Shown: positions 26,930-39,637 of the stretch, one piece after another
Layout of the letters: every line of letters starts with the position of its first letter
Numbering within the stretch: position 1 is the first letter of the stretch
Assembly: GCF_020745735.1 (NCBI RefSeq)
Contig: NC_083426.1
Coordinates: 12,152,001 to 12,216,000, forward strand
DNA length: 64,000 nucleotides
Direction: 5' to 3'
DNA from: Hemiscyllium ocellatum
Taxonomy: Eukaryota
The notes under the pieces: model-generated
The model's input: the letters and a program-made list of their open reading frames with translations, nothing else
Database searches by the model: none
Told to the model about the DNA's origin: nothing
Program-made: the position numbers and the translations under genes

Positions 26930-27225
26930 TGGCATGGTAGCTCAGTGGTTAGCACTGCTGCCTCACTGCACCAGGGTCCCAGGTTTGATTCCAGCCTCGG
27001 GTGACTGTCTGTGTGGAGTTTGCACATTCTACCTGTGTCTGTGTGGGTTTCCTCCCACAAGTTCAAACCTGTGCAGGTCAGATGAATTGGCCACGCTAAA
27101 TTGCCCATAGTGTTAGGTGCATTAGTCAGAGGGAAATGGGTCTGGCTGGGTTACTCTTCGGAGGATCGGTGTGGACTTGTTGGGCCGAAGGGCCTGTTTC
27201 CATCCAGCAGGGAATCTAATCTAAG
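26930..27225 (+). mobile_element. HE1-type SINE
   Basis: Head, core and tail. Confidence 0.88.
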
Positions 27226-28659
27226 TTCAACACTACAGAAATCTGTGTGAGAAAATTTACAATTCATAACTTAATCTGCTAAAAAAGCATTTTGGTTACC
27301 TACCTAATGTTTACTCAAGATTCAACTGATATCCTGCCAAAGACATTATGTGCATAATCTTGCCAAATGGGACCAGCAAAAAGATGTTGATACATCTTTT
27401 TAAAACCTCTCAAAACGACCTATTATAACACATCCCAGAGTCCCAACCATCTCTCTCAGGACCGATAGCACGTCCCCGACTGCAACCTGGATCTTCCTCT
27501 CCAGGGGACTTGCTCAGATCCTAGTGGACTCTCTTGCTGTTGAAGGGTCAAAAGTCATACCACCATTCACTTAACTCTCTCGTCAACAAATTGTCAATAT
27601 TGTGAGTTCCCCTTATAATAATTGCTTGAGCACATTGAACTGTAACTTACTAATATTGGCAATATTAATTTCCTATCTTTGGGATGGGTATTTTGATCTT
27701 GATGGGAAACCTTACCCATCAGTAGTGCAAATCTGCAAATCCCGTTAGTAATTTCTGTTATTGAATAATAATGTTCCATGTTGCTAGTCTTCAAGACCCC
27801 CCACATCCATTGAAAATGCAGAGAAATGCTTCAAATGCAATTTAGGTCATTCATTTGTTTCAAAATATCAAAATAAATTGTATTGATTCTGCACCTTTCA
27901 TAAAGCTCAGCACAACCTACAGTATTTCACAACCTAAAAAGTACTTCCCTTGATTGTATACGTGGTTGGAATGTAGGGAAACAGAGACTAATTTGTGCAC
28001 ATGAGAAATTCACACATATATTATCACCAGATAATCTGCTTACCATTGTGTTAGCTGAGGGGTGAAGTTTATGAGATGTTGAGAGGATTTTCCTGTTCTT
28101 CCTTGAATTGTATCAGCTGAAGGATGTCAGGGTCTGTAGTGTAACATCCTAACAGTCCCTCCAGCAGCACAGTACTATATCAGGGCTAGACAGGGGTATC
28201 AATATGAACTGGAATCTTTGAAATGGCATTTGAATTCACAGCCCACTGAAATCAGAAGTCAGAGTGCAACCAGTTGATCTCTTTCCACACTATACAAATG
28301 CAGTTTGAAGGTGAATCTTTGTTTACCAGCTGCTGACAGTTATCTTCTCTGGCAAATAATGCAAGTGGTCATTGTCAATATCAAGAGTATGCAAGGATAT
28401 ATGTACTGCTGCTCAGGAAAAAGGCATTTCTCTACTTTTCTGACCATCCTATTGTTTCCCACTGAAATCAATGATGAAGAAACAGTTTCTCCTCTGTCAA
28501 AAATTAAACTGTGACATTCAAACATGGTAAAGTCCTCCTTAATTCAGAATCAGGGTCATGACTCCATCTGAATTCTGAATGAGTCAGTTTCTAGTATATG
28601 GAAATCTATGGCGTGATAACAGAAATAGCACTTTGGCTCGCCCAGAACCGAAGAAGGGA

Positions 28660-29125
28660 TAAACGGTTCCATTCCTGCTGTTTCCAGTTGCCGATTCTGG
28701 GTGTTTGTTGTAGTGGCTGGTATGTTGGGTCTGGGTCTATGTGTTTATTGATGGAGTCCGTGGATGGGTGCCATGTTTCTAGAAATTATCTGGCTGTCCT
28801 CTGTTTGGTGTGTTCTATGATCATTGTTTTGTCCCAGTCGAATTTGTGGTCCTTGTCATCTGTTTATACAGCTACTTGGGTCAGCTTGTCCTGTCGCTTT
28901 GTGGCTAGTTGGATGTCATGGATACGGATTGCTAGGTGTCTGCCTGTTTGTCCTATGTAGTGTTTCATGCAGTCTTTGCATGGAATCTTATAAGTTACGT
29001 TAATCTTGCATATGATGGATATAGGGTCTTTTGTTATGGTAAGTTGTTGTCTGAGCATTGTTGTCAGTTTATGGGCTATCATGAATCTAAAGTGTCAGAA
29101 AAGTCTGGCTGTCACTTCTGAGATA
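28660..29125 (-). mobile_element. Penelope-like element fragment, GIY-YIG endonuclease remnant
   Basis: NVTYKIPCKDCMKHYIGQTGRHLAIRIH. Confidence 0.8.
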
Positions 29126-29139
29126 TTTTTTATATAAGG

Positions 29140-29525
29140 TAGAATGGTTAGTAGGTCAGACATGGCATATATAAATGATTTGGATGTTAACATAGGAGGT
29201 TTAGTTCTTATGTTTGCTGGATGACACCAAAATTGGTGGTATAGTGGACAGCGAAGAAGGTTACCTCAGATTACAATGGGATCTTGGTCAGATGGGCCAA
29301 TGGGCTGAAGACTGGCAGATGGAGTTTAATTTAGATAAATGCGGAATGCTGCATTTCGGAAAAGCAAATCAGAGCAGGATGTATACACTTAATGGTAAGG
29401 TTCTAGGGAGTATTGCTGAACAAAGAGATTTTGGAGCGCAGGTTCATAGCTTCTTGAAAGTGGAGTCACAGTTAGATAGGATAGTGAAGAAGATGTTTGG
29501 TATGCTTTCCTTTATTGGTCATTGA
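29140..29525 (+). mobile_element. CR1 RT fragment
   Basis: DDTKIGGIVDSEEGYLRLQWDL..WQMEFNLDKC. Confidence 0.85.
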
Positions 29526-30367
29526 TGAAGTAACTATAAGTGATTAGGCCTAAGACTCTACCCTTGAAGAACTCCTCCAGAGATGTTCTGGGGCTGAGTT
29601 GACTGTGGCTCTATCAACACCTCATTGACTGCAGTAGTCTTCAACATCTGGGTAAATAATGTGGAATGGCCCCTAAGTGAAACCAGAAGCAAGAATAGGA
29701 ATGACAAATGCTAGAGAATTATTGATAGTGAGTTTGATCGCCAAAGCTGGAGCAGTTAGAGCAAAAAATGTCATGAGGGTGACAGTGGAATGTGAGAAAG
29801 ATTGTGGAGGGGGTTCTGAGGAGGTTCAGAAGGATAAGATTAAGTGAAAAACAATCCAGAAAGAGCTGCCCCAAGGCACCTTTCTGTGTACCTTACAGCT
29901 CAGTAAAGATTTCAACTGAACAAGATATCAATTTACAACTCGAAGATGCCAGGGCTGCTCTGAGAAAATTAATTCAACATCAAAGCATTGCATGCCATGA
30001 AGCAGAACACATCCCTTCTGAGACCAACATTTCCAACTCCAGACACAAACTAGCCAAGGTAGCTACAAGCTCTCACAGTGAGCAAAATAGTCTTTATACC
30101 TCCTATGATAGCTATTTTCCTTGCTGATTTCAGGCGTTATTTATCTGATTTACTTCATTTCATATATTTTGATTTATTTATTGTTATTTTCACTGTAGTT
30201 CGGTACATGTGTCAAGTGTTGTTTCATGTTCCTGACAGGCAGATCGCACTGTAATTATATTACTGATATTAGTCCCTGTATTAAAGGGATAATATAGTTG
30301 AAAGTAAACCTGCCCTCGCTCTGCTGCCTTGTAGAACAAAGCACAGCTGATATGTGCGGTCACCTGA

Positions 30368-30412
30368 ACCATGGCAACAACCGAGGCAAGAGGAAGTGAC
30401 TCAGGAAATCCC
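30368..30412 (-). promoter_or_regulatory. Composite NF-kB-like/AP-1/PU.1 site plus RFX-like site, copy 2
   Basis: Reverse-complement copy: CCATGGCAAC..GAGGAAGTGACTCAGGAAATCCC, identical to copy 1. Confidence 0.45.
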
Positions 30413-30544
30413 TTTGTGGTTAAAGACGGTGTCACACTGTGCAGAGACCGCTGTCACCAGCTGTGGTTTGGGTCCTGGGGGAAGCACAGAGATTGTAAAT
30501 GAAAGTACCTTAGAAAGCATCCTATCCAGATGCACCACAGTGTG

Positions 30545-30850
30545 ATTAGATTACTTACAGTGTGGAAACAGGCCCTTCGGCCCAACAAGTCCACACTGAC
30601 CCGCCGAAACGCAACCCACCCATACCCCTACATATACCCCTTACCTAACACTACGGGCAATTTAGCATGGCCAATTTACCTGACCCGCACATTTTTGGAC
30701 TGTGGGAGGAAACCGGAGCACCCGGAGGAAACCCACGCAGACACGGGGAGAACGTGCAAACTCCACACAGTCAGTCACCTGAGGTGGGAATTGAACCCAG
30801 GTTCCTGTCGCTGTGAGGCAACAGTGCTAACCACTGTGCCACCGTGCCGC
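30545..30850 (-). mobile_element. HE1-type SINE
   Basis: Reverse complement of a full-length copy. Confidence 0.9.
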
Positions 30851-30853
30851 CCT

Positions 30854-31830
30854 GAACATGTTTTTTGGAATGATTTTTGTGGAAATAAAACTTTGTTGAA
30901 TATTTATAGTCGATGTATTTCATGAATGTGTATATATTACTCTATAAATAAGCTTTGTGCTTTTATGTTTTCCAGAATGTTTTTCTTCAAATGTCTTTTA
31001 TGGAAATAAAATGTCATTGAACATTTATGGTGTAGCAATGCTCTGTCCAAGACTGTAAGAAACTACAGAGATCCTTGACCATAGCCCAGTCCATCACACA
31101 AACCAGCCTCCCATCCATTCACTCCTTCTTTAATTCCTGCTGTCTCAGGGAAGCAAACAACATAATCAAAGACCCTTCCCAAACTCGGTTCTACTCTCTT
31201 GCACTGTCTTCATCAGGCAAAAGATATAAAAGATTGAATGCATGTATGAGTACTTTCAAGAATAGCTTCTTTCATGCTGTTATCAGATTTTTGCACTGAC
31301 CTCTCACATGTTAGTGTTGACCTCTCTCTTTCTGCACCTTCTCTATGGCTGTACACTGTATTCTGCACTGTGTTCTGCTCCCATGATGCACTTTAATGGT
31401 ACAATCCACCTGCACAGCACACAAAACAACACTCTTCACTGTGTCTCAATACAGGTACGTATCCCTTTATCTGAAATGCTCAGGACAAGCTGCTTTGCAG
31501 AAGTCGGAATTATGCACGGGGCAACAACTCGTAATCAAAAGTAAATAAATAGCAAAAACGTATGAATACTGACACTAAGTGGGATAAATAAAGACTAGAA
31601 ATGCTACCACACTTTATTTATAGAGTAGTGTACCAATAAATGAAATACATTGACCATAAATGTTCAACGACATTTTATTTCCATAAAAGACATTTGAAGA
31701 AAAACATTCTGGAAAACATAAAAGCACAAAGCTTATTTATAGAGTAATATATACACATTCATGAAATGCATCGACTATAAATATTCAACAAAGTTTTATT
31801 TCCACAAAAATCATTCCAAAAAACATGTTC
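30854..31830. repeat. 178-bp inverted repeat (30854-31031 vs 31653-31830)
   Basis: Near-identical reverse complements; one copy lies inside the Tigger end. Confidence 0.9.
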
Positions 31831-32434
31831 GGTAAAACTTAAACGTACACAGCTTCAGTACTATGGCAGGCGACTGTTTACAAGGCTTCTTCAGGTGTCA
31901 TCTGTCTCATTAACATGGGTTTCTGTCCAAACAATCTCTCTTTAATTGAGTAAATTGCCATAATCTCTTGCTCTCTGATAAATGCACGTTGTTCAAGGCC
32001 AGCATTTAACTGATCACACATTGTCACCATATCATCAATGGGGACTTTTTCAACCGTGTTCATTAACTCATCATCGTCGTCGTCATCATCATTACTATCC
32101 TCACACTTACCTGGACAGGAACCCATATTTCAGTAATGTTCTCATCACTCTAGGAATGCACGATAGGCATATCATTGTTAATGATCAGCATTTTTTCTAT
32201 GTCAACTTCATGTAATTTATTTACACTTTCGTCTGATAAATCTTGTGCATAAGTAACAAGGCTTGTTATCATCTTTTTCTCTTCAGTGACATGAAATCCT
32301 TCAAGCTCTTCACCTGCAGGTTCATTTACAAGACACATCGTTGTAGGCCAGAGTCTTGCCAAGAAGTTGTTAATGTTGCTTTATCAACATCATTCCAAGC
32401 GTTAGCAACTATGTAAATGGCATTCTTAAGACTA

Positions 32435-33538
32435 CAGAGGAACCTCGATTATCTGAATACCAATTATCCGATAATTGGATTATCAGAAGGAGATCTTGAG
32501 GTCCTGATAGAAACATTACATCAAAGCCGTGTTTCCAACAGTGATTGCGACTTTTGTTTACAGTGATTAAACAGGCACTGTCACCAAATGACTGACCTCC
32601 TGCCCTCTCTCTCTCCCCACACTTTCCCTGGAGCTCTACAGAGGGGGTGTACCCTAAACTGCGCCCAACCACCCCCACCCCCATTCCCCAGATAATCTCT
32701 CTAACATTGTCCTGTACAGGGCAGAAGTGNNNNNNNNNNNNNNNNNNNNNNNNNNNNNNNNNNNNNNNNNNNNNNNNNNNNNNNNNNNNNNNNNNNNNNN
32801 NNNNNNNNNNNNNNNNNNNNNNNNNNNNNNNNNNNNNNNNNNNNNNNNNNNNNNNNNNNNNNNNNNNNNNNNNNNNNNNNNNNNNNNNNNNNNNNNNNNN
32901 NNNNNNNNNNNNNNNNNNNNNNNNNNNNNNNNNNNNNNNNNNNNNNNNNNNNNNNNNNNNNNNNNNNNNNNNNNNNNNNTTACCCCACAAAGGCAGCTGC
33001 AGCAGCTGCAACAGCAACAGTTTTATTGTTGGTGTACGGTCCGGCTGCCCCGGAGAGGGGCGGGGGCTTTGTTGGACGGGGGCGGGGGGTCCGGGGTTGG
33101 GTGGGGTTGGGAGGGGTGGGGGGGTGTTGGACAGGGACGGGTGCAGGGTTGGCTGGCAGTCGGGGGGCCGGGGAAAGTGTTGGGTGGGGGTGGGGGAAGG
33201 TGTTAGCTGGGGGTGGGAGGCGGGGGGGAGGTGTTGGTCGGGGGTGAGGGTGGGGGCAGGCAGTGTTGGGAGGCAGGGGGAGGTGCTGGATGGTTGGAGG
33301 GGGATAGGGGGGATGTGTTGACCAGGGTTGGGGGGGGGATTGGGGGCGGGGGGTGGTGTTGGACGCCTGGGGGGTGGACATGGGCGCTGTGTTGGCTGGG
33401 TGCGGGGTTGGGTGCAGGACCTCGCACGCTGTGTGCTGCTGCAGTCTCCTGAAGAGGGAGCAGACTTTAGAAGCTCCAAGCCCCAGAGGAAAGGCATTGA
33501 ATCCCGCCCATCCCATTTGGATAATCGAGGTTCCCCTG
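32435..33538. mobile_element. Tigger-type MITE nested in the transposase
   Basis: TIRs CAGAGGAACCTCGATTATC / GATAATCGAGGTTCCCCTG with TA duplicated on both sides; G-rich interior spanning the N gap. Confidence 0.88.
32730..32979. other. Assembly gap (250 N)
   Basis: Run of N. Confidence 1.
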
Positions 33539-34815
33539 TAAACTCTTTGATGAAGTCTTGAAATCCTACCTCTCTGTTGACTGCAGCAAGTATACTATTT
33601 AAGTATTTTTTATACTTGCTCTTCATGGAGCATAATATTCCTTGGTCACAAGGCTGTAATACTGATGTCACATTCGGGGGCAAGTAAATGCTAAAAATAA
33701 TACTTTTCACAAGTTGTTTGGCAGGGGGATGTGCGGAGCAGTTGTCTGCAATGAGCTCGTGCCACTAGTATGAAGTGTTTACTGAATCAATCGTAAAAAG
33801 TTTCTCTGGTTACCCATGCTTTCTTGTTTGCATAATAATGCACAGGCAAATTGCGTTCACCTTTAAGACATCTCGGATGTATGTTTTCCCAATCACTGCC
33901 AATTTCACTTTGTGTGTGCCTATAGCATTGATACACCCAAGAATAGTTAATCCGTCCTTAGTTTCCTTAAAACCTGTTGGTGCTCTCTCATTAGCCGTTG
34001 CTCATGTTTTTCTCAGGACATAGCGCCAGTAGAGAGCTGTTTCATCAGCATTGTAAATTTGTTCAGGCCTAAGGCTTTTGGCAGATATCAGCTTGGCATA
34101 ATTTTCAGCTGCTTCATGGTCAGCAGAAGCCTTTTCGCCACAGATTTTCAGATATTTCACACCAATTACACTTCTTGAATTTCTGCAGCCAACCTTCTGA
34201 ATACCTTTAATGTCCGGTTCTTTATGATATTTTTCAGCTTGTTTCAGGACCATCAAACCAGTCAGTGGCATACGTTCACTTCTTCGTTGTCTAATCCACT
34301 CCATCTACACCGGATAAGATCTTCATTTCTTTGCCTATGCTGTGTTTTCCTATTTTTCATTAATTGACGGTCATCACTGTCACCATAAAACTTCAGTAAC
34401 TTGTCTTTCTGTTTCTTCAAATCATAGACAGTGGTAGTTCCGACACCATATTCTTCAGTTTGACACCGCACAGTCACACCATGATCAAGCTTCTGCAATA
34501 ACTCTACTTCCTGCATTATTGATAATGATAGATGCTTCCTTTTCTTTATATTATTGTTAGCCACAGATGTAAATGCATCTCTATGTGAAATTTTTACTCT
34601 AAAATTAAACAATTTAGCCCAGTCAAAACAATCCACAACTGACGCCTCTGAGTGCTGGGCCATGCCGCCATGTGGTCAAGTGGGTGTGGCCTTCGCTTGC
34701 CAAGAAAACCCCATGATGTTACACAGGCATGGCTGACACTGCACGCTCCATTAAACCCTTCGGTTTTCAGAGCTTTTCAGTTTTTGGATGCTCAGATAAA
34801 GGGATACATAATTGT

Positions 34816-35757
34816 ATATCTGATATAGATGAGGGCATTAAAAGTAATTTGAGCAAATTTGCTGATGACACAAAGCTGGGTGGGCAGGGTGAAATGTGCA
34901 GAAGATGTTATGAGAATACAAGGTGACTTGGACAGGCTATGTGCATGGATAGATGCATGGCATGCAGTTTAATGTGGATAATTGTATGGTTATCCACTTT
35001 GGTGGCAAGAACAGGGAGGGAGATTACTATCTAAATGGAGTCAAATTAGGTAAAGGGGAAGTCCAATGAGATCTAAGTGTTCTTGTACATCAGTCAATGA
35101 AAGCAAGCATGCAGGTACAGCAGGCAGAGAGAAAAGCTAATGGCATGCTGGCCTTCATAACAAGAGGAATTGAGTATAGGAGCAAAGAGGTCCTTCTACA
35201 GCTATACAGAGCCCTGGTGAGAACGCACCTGGAGTATTGTGTGCTGTTTTGGTCTCCAAATTTGAGGACATTCTGGCTATTGAAGGAGTGCAGCGTAGGT
35301 TCACATGGTCAATTCCCAGAATGGCAAGACTATTTTATGTTGAAAGATTGGAGCGACTGGGCTTGTATACACTTGAATTTAGAAGGATGAGAGGGGATCT
35401 GATTCAGACGTATAAAATTATTAAAGGATTGGACACTCTGGAAGCAGGAAGCGTGTTTCCACTGACATGTGAGTCCAGAACCAGAGGACACAGTTTAAAA
35501 ATACGGGGTAGACCATTTATAACAGAGTTGAGGAGAAACTTCTTCACCCAGAGAGTGGAGGATATATGGAATGCTCTGACCCAAAATGCAGTCTCTGGAT
35601 ACGTTCAAGAAAGAGATGGATAGAGCTCTTAGAGATAGAGGAATCAAGGGTTATAAGGATAAGGCAGGAACAGGATACTGATTGTGGATGATCAGCCATG
35701 ATCATAATGAATGATGGTGCTGACTGCAAGGGCTGCACCTATTGTCTATTGTCTATA
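34816..35757 (+). mobile_element. CR1 3' fragment
   Basis: KFADDTKLGG; LYRALVRTHLEYC; SRTRGHSLKI..FFTQRV; tail. Confidence 0.85.
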
Positions 35758-35777
35758 ACAATAAATCAATCAATACA

Positions 35778-36005
35778 CAGGTATCCCCTGCTGCCCAAAA
35801 GAAGAGCGTTCCTATGGAAATTTTTATTAGCCCAAATGGTGTAAATCGAAGAAATATTAATTTATTTCGGAAAAACTTTGCCTTTTCTCGTTAAAACAAA
35901 AATCCGATTCGATTATCTATCGGTTACCAAAAACAGGTCCTAATGTAGGTCTTTTGTAAAGGTGAAGTGGTGTAAATCGAACTTTTGAAAAGCAGTGGAT
36001 ACCTG
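35778..36005. mobile_element. About 230-bp Tigger-type MITE
   Basis: 24-bp imperfect TIRs caggtatcccctgctgcccaaaag / cttttgaaaagcagtggatacctg; TA on the right flank. Confidence 0.75.
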
Positions 36006-36048
36006 TACGTGAGACCTGTATGTGAGAATGAGAAATGTGTAGAATCAG

Positions 36049-36430
36049 AGTTGGAGAGCGATGAGTTTGAAGCAGATTGCCCAAGCCGTATGCTCCCTCA
36101 GTTAATAATGAAAATTGAAGCAGGACACTGTGACTAAAGGCTGCTCGAGAAACCAAAGAATGAAATAAGAATGGCATTGGAGGGAGAGTTTCGGCATTTC
36201 CACTGTCGGGAATGTGGTCTGTTGGGTGGTCTTCATTCTTTGGGGATTTGTGCTGTTTCAGTCACAGTGTAGTCTACAAGATAATATAAGGGAAGGGTTG
36301 TAATTAATTTATAATTAAATTAATTATTTTTCACAATATCTGTAAGCAATTTTTTGAAGTACTTATATCAATCCTCCCATGTCCTCAGAATGAAACAAAC
36401 TATTTAACTAATCACATGAGAGATTGCTGA
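36049..36430 (+). pseudogene. Orphan TM exon (36049-36290) plus short-tail exon (36389-36430), copy 1
   Basis: About 85% identity by eye to 4137-4379 and 3930-3995 (reverse strand). Contains frameshifts and stops; the donor is lost (ggaagg). Confidence 0.65.
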
Positions 36431-37974
36431 AATATTTCTGATGTTACAAATGACACATCAAGTGGATTATTTGTTCGGAATAGCGTCAGGCTTCTTGATC
36501 CTTGCTGTGTGGCCTTCATTTCAAATTGGGGTCTTTCGAGTCACTGATCAACTTCACAGCAAAGGCAGCAGTGGATCACCCAGCCATTCCAGGATGTAAA
36601 TTGTGTGGTGGGTGGGGGGAGAGGAGGAGCAGCAATGTCTGTAGAAACAGTGAAGATAGGAGCAGGAGTGAGCCATTCGACCTCTCGACACTGCCTCCCG
36701 GTCTATTATGATCACCTACCGCAGTATCCTGAGGTAGATAAGGACCTAGAAAGAGTCAATGGTGAAATCTGTGTGGAAAGTGCAATTTAATCTGGGGAAG
36801 TAGGAGTTCATCTACTTTGGAGTCTCTGAGAAGGAAGTGGGAGCAAATGGTTAATGTCAGTCAGTTAGTGGCGTAACTGATGATCTAATTATGGTATTGA
36901 GAGAACACTCAGAGAGAGAATCTGAGATGGAGAAGTTGCTCTCTGTATTAGATTGCTGTCATACATATTATGTGAATAAAGAGTTGGAATTGCTTTACTG
37001 TGACTATCTCCAGATTACTATCAGAGTAGGTAAGGGCAGCCAACCAATTGAATACTACAGGGACAGTGCCAAACGGAGCCTTAGAGAGACGTACAGGAAG
37101 ACGATTAGTGCAGACCTCCATTCCTTGATCAACCTCATCGCAAGCCATGATGGCAGCACAGTGAGTAACAGTTAGAGGTACCTGATGCCAAGACTTGGTA
37201 AACCCAACTTCAGAAAAGATGATAAATGAGGTCGAGAGCTGCCAAAGACTTCAGAAACAAGGAACACTTTGAAATTGGGTAAACTTTGAAGGGAAAGAAA
37301 GGCAGAACAATGGAACAGCTCAAGATATTGATGCTAAAAGTATAGGTAAAGGACCAGGGAGAATTGATTTTGGACAAGAATACAGGGTGTCTTAGAATTA
37401 CAGAGTGTGTTTCCTAATTCAAGAGATACGTGCCATCTTTAAAAGTGGCTGCCATGATCCAGTTGCAACCCTGACACACAGCATTAGTGAGAATGAGAAA
37501 GGACCATTTCTTAGTCAAGTTCTGAATAGGGCACTTAACTGGAACTAAGATCATGATGGAAAGCCCTTCCACTCATTTTCAGAAGTGTGTTTCTGATTGA
37601 TTGCTCTATTATGGTCAAAGATTGCTGCTGAGAAGGAAGTCTTCAATCTTGTAATGCAGGATATGAGATATCTTGATTTGGAGATGGGTGTACAAAGTTA
37701 AGAATCACACAACATCAGGTTATAGTCCAACAGGTTTAATTGGAAGCACACTAGCTTTCAAAGCATTGCTCCTTCATCATGTGATTGTGGAGGACACAAT
37801 TCTAAGGCACAGAATTTATAGCAAAAATTTACAGTATGATGTAAAATTTATATCACACTGTATATTTTTGCTATAAATTTGGTGAAGGTGAAGTGGTGTA
37901 AATCGAACTTTTGTAAAGCAGTGGATACCTGTACGTGAGACTTGTATGTGAGAATGAGAAATGTGTAGAATCAG

Positions 37975-38353
37975 AGTTGGAGAGCGATGAGTTTGAAGCA
38001 GATTGCCCAAGCTGCACGCTCCCTCAGTTAATAATGAAAATTGAAGCATGACACTGTGACTAAATGCTGCTCGAGAAACCAAAGAATGAAATGAGAATGG
38101 CATTGGAGGGAGAGTTTCTGCATTCCCACTGTCTGGGATGTGGCCTATCGGGTGGTCTTCATTCTTTGGGGATTTGTGCTGAATCAGTCACAGTATAATT
38201 GACAGACAATATAAGGGAAGGGTTGTAATTAATTCATAATTAAATTAATTTTTTTACAATATCTGTGAGCAATTTTTTGAAGTACTTATATCAATCCTCC
38301 TATGTCCTCAGAATGAAACAAACCATTTAACTAATCACATGAGAGATTGCTGA
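37975..38353 (+). pseudogene. Orphan TM plus short-tail exons, copy 2
   Basis: Tandem duplicate of 36049-36430. Reads PTVWDVAYRVVFI, then frameshifts to LGICAESVTV. Confidence 0.65.
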
Positions 38354-39637
38354 AATGTTTCTGAAGTTACAAATGACACATCAAGTGGATTATTTGTTCG
38401 GAACAGCGTCAGGCTTCTTGATCCTTGCTGTAGCTGCAGCATCAAGATCTGTGTGGCCTTCATTTCAAATTGGGGCCATTCGAGTCACTGATCAACTTCA
38501 CAGCAAAGGCAGCAGTGGATCACCCAGCCATTCCAGGATGTAAATTGTGTGGTGGGTGGGGGGAGAGGAGGAGCAGCAATGTCTGTAGAAACAGTGAAGA
38601 TAGGAGCAGGAGTGAGCCATTCGACCTCTCGACACTGCCTCCCGGTCTATTATGATCACCTACCTCAGTATCCTGAGGTAGATAAGGACCTAGAAAGAGT
38701 CAATGGTGAAATCTGTGTGGAATGTGCAGTTTAATCTGGGGAAGTAGGAGTTCATCTACTTTGGAGTCTCTGAGAAGGAAGTGGGAGCAAATGGTTAATG
38801 TCAGTCAGTTAATGGCGTAACTGATGATCTAATTATGGTATTGAGAGAACACTCAGAGAGAGAATCTGAGATGGAGAAGTTGCTCTCTGTATTAGATTGC
38901 TGTCATATATATTATGTGAATAAAGAATTGGAATTGCTTTATTGTCTCTATCTCCAGATTACTATCAGAGTAGGTAAGGGCAGCCAACCAATTGAATACT
39001 ACAGGGACAGTGCCAAACGGAGCCTTAGAGAGACGTACAGGAAGACGATTAGTGCAGACCTCCATTCCATGATCAACCTCATCGCAAGCCATGATGGCAG
39101 CACAGTGAGTAACAATTAGAGATGCCTGATGCCAAGACTTGGTAAACCCAACTTCAGAAAAGATGATAAATGAGGTCGAGAGCTGCCAAAGACTTCAGAA
39201 ACAAGGAACACTTTGAGATCAGGTAAACTTTGAAGGGAAAGAAAGGCAGAACAATGGAACAGCTCAAGATATTGATGCTAAAGTGTAAGTAAAGGACCAG
39301 GGAGAATTGATTTTGAACAAGAATACAGGGTGTCTTAGAATTACAGAGTGTGTTTCCTAATTCAAGAGATACGTGCCATCTTTAAAAGTGGCTGCCATGA
39401 TCCAGTTGCAACCCTGACACACAGCATTAGTGAGAATGAGAAAGAACCATTTCTTAGTCAAGTTCTGAATCAGGCACTTAACTGGAACTAAGATCATGAT
39501 GTAAAGCCCTTCCACTCATTTTCAGAAGTGTGTTTCTGATTGATTGCTCTATTATGGTCAAAGATTGCTGCTGAGAAGGAAGTCTTCAATCTTGTAATGC
39601 AGGATATGAGATACCTTGATTTGGAGATGGGTGTACA

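Larger units (their letters stand above)
30170..31451 (+). mobile_element. Paralogous Rex1/Babar-like fragment with the same cassette
   Basis: Inverted homolog of 4433-5235, interrupted by an HE1 and a 178-bp insert. Confidence 0.65.
31452..34815 (-). mobile_element. Tigger/pogo (Jerky/TIGD-like) DNA transposon with decayed transposase
   Basis: Inverted GTATCCCTTTATCTGA at 31459-31474 and 34792-34807. Minus-strand fragments: KRKHLSLSI..VYDLKKQKDKL (HTH), EWIRQRRSE, QIYNADETALYW, LPPNVTSVLQPCDQGI (DDE), AIYIVANAW. Confidence 0.9.

Noticed and set aside
32409-33710. 433-aa proline-rich ORF and the overlapping Gly-rich ORFs
   Set aside because: Chimera of a transposase fragment, the low-complexity MITE interior and the N gap.
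35813-36290. Apparent long near-open frame suggesting a viral ORF
   Set aside because: Explained by a MITE followed by the TM pseudo-exon.
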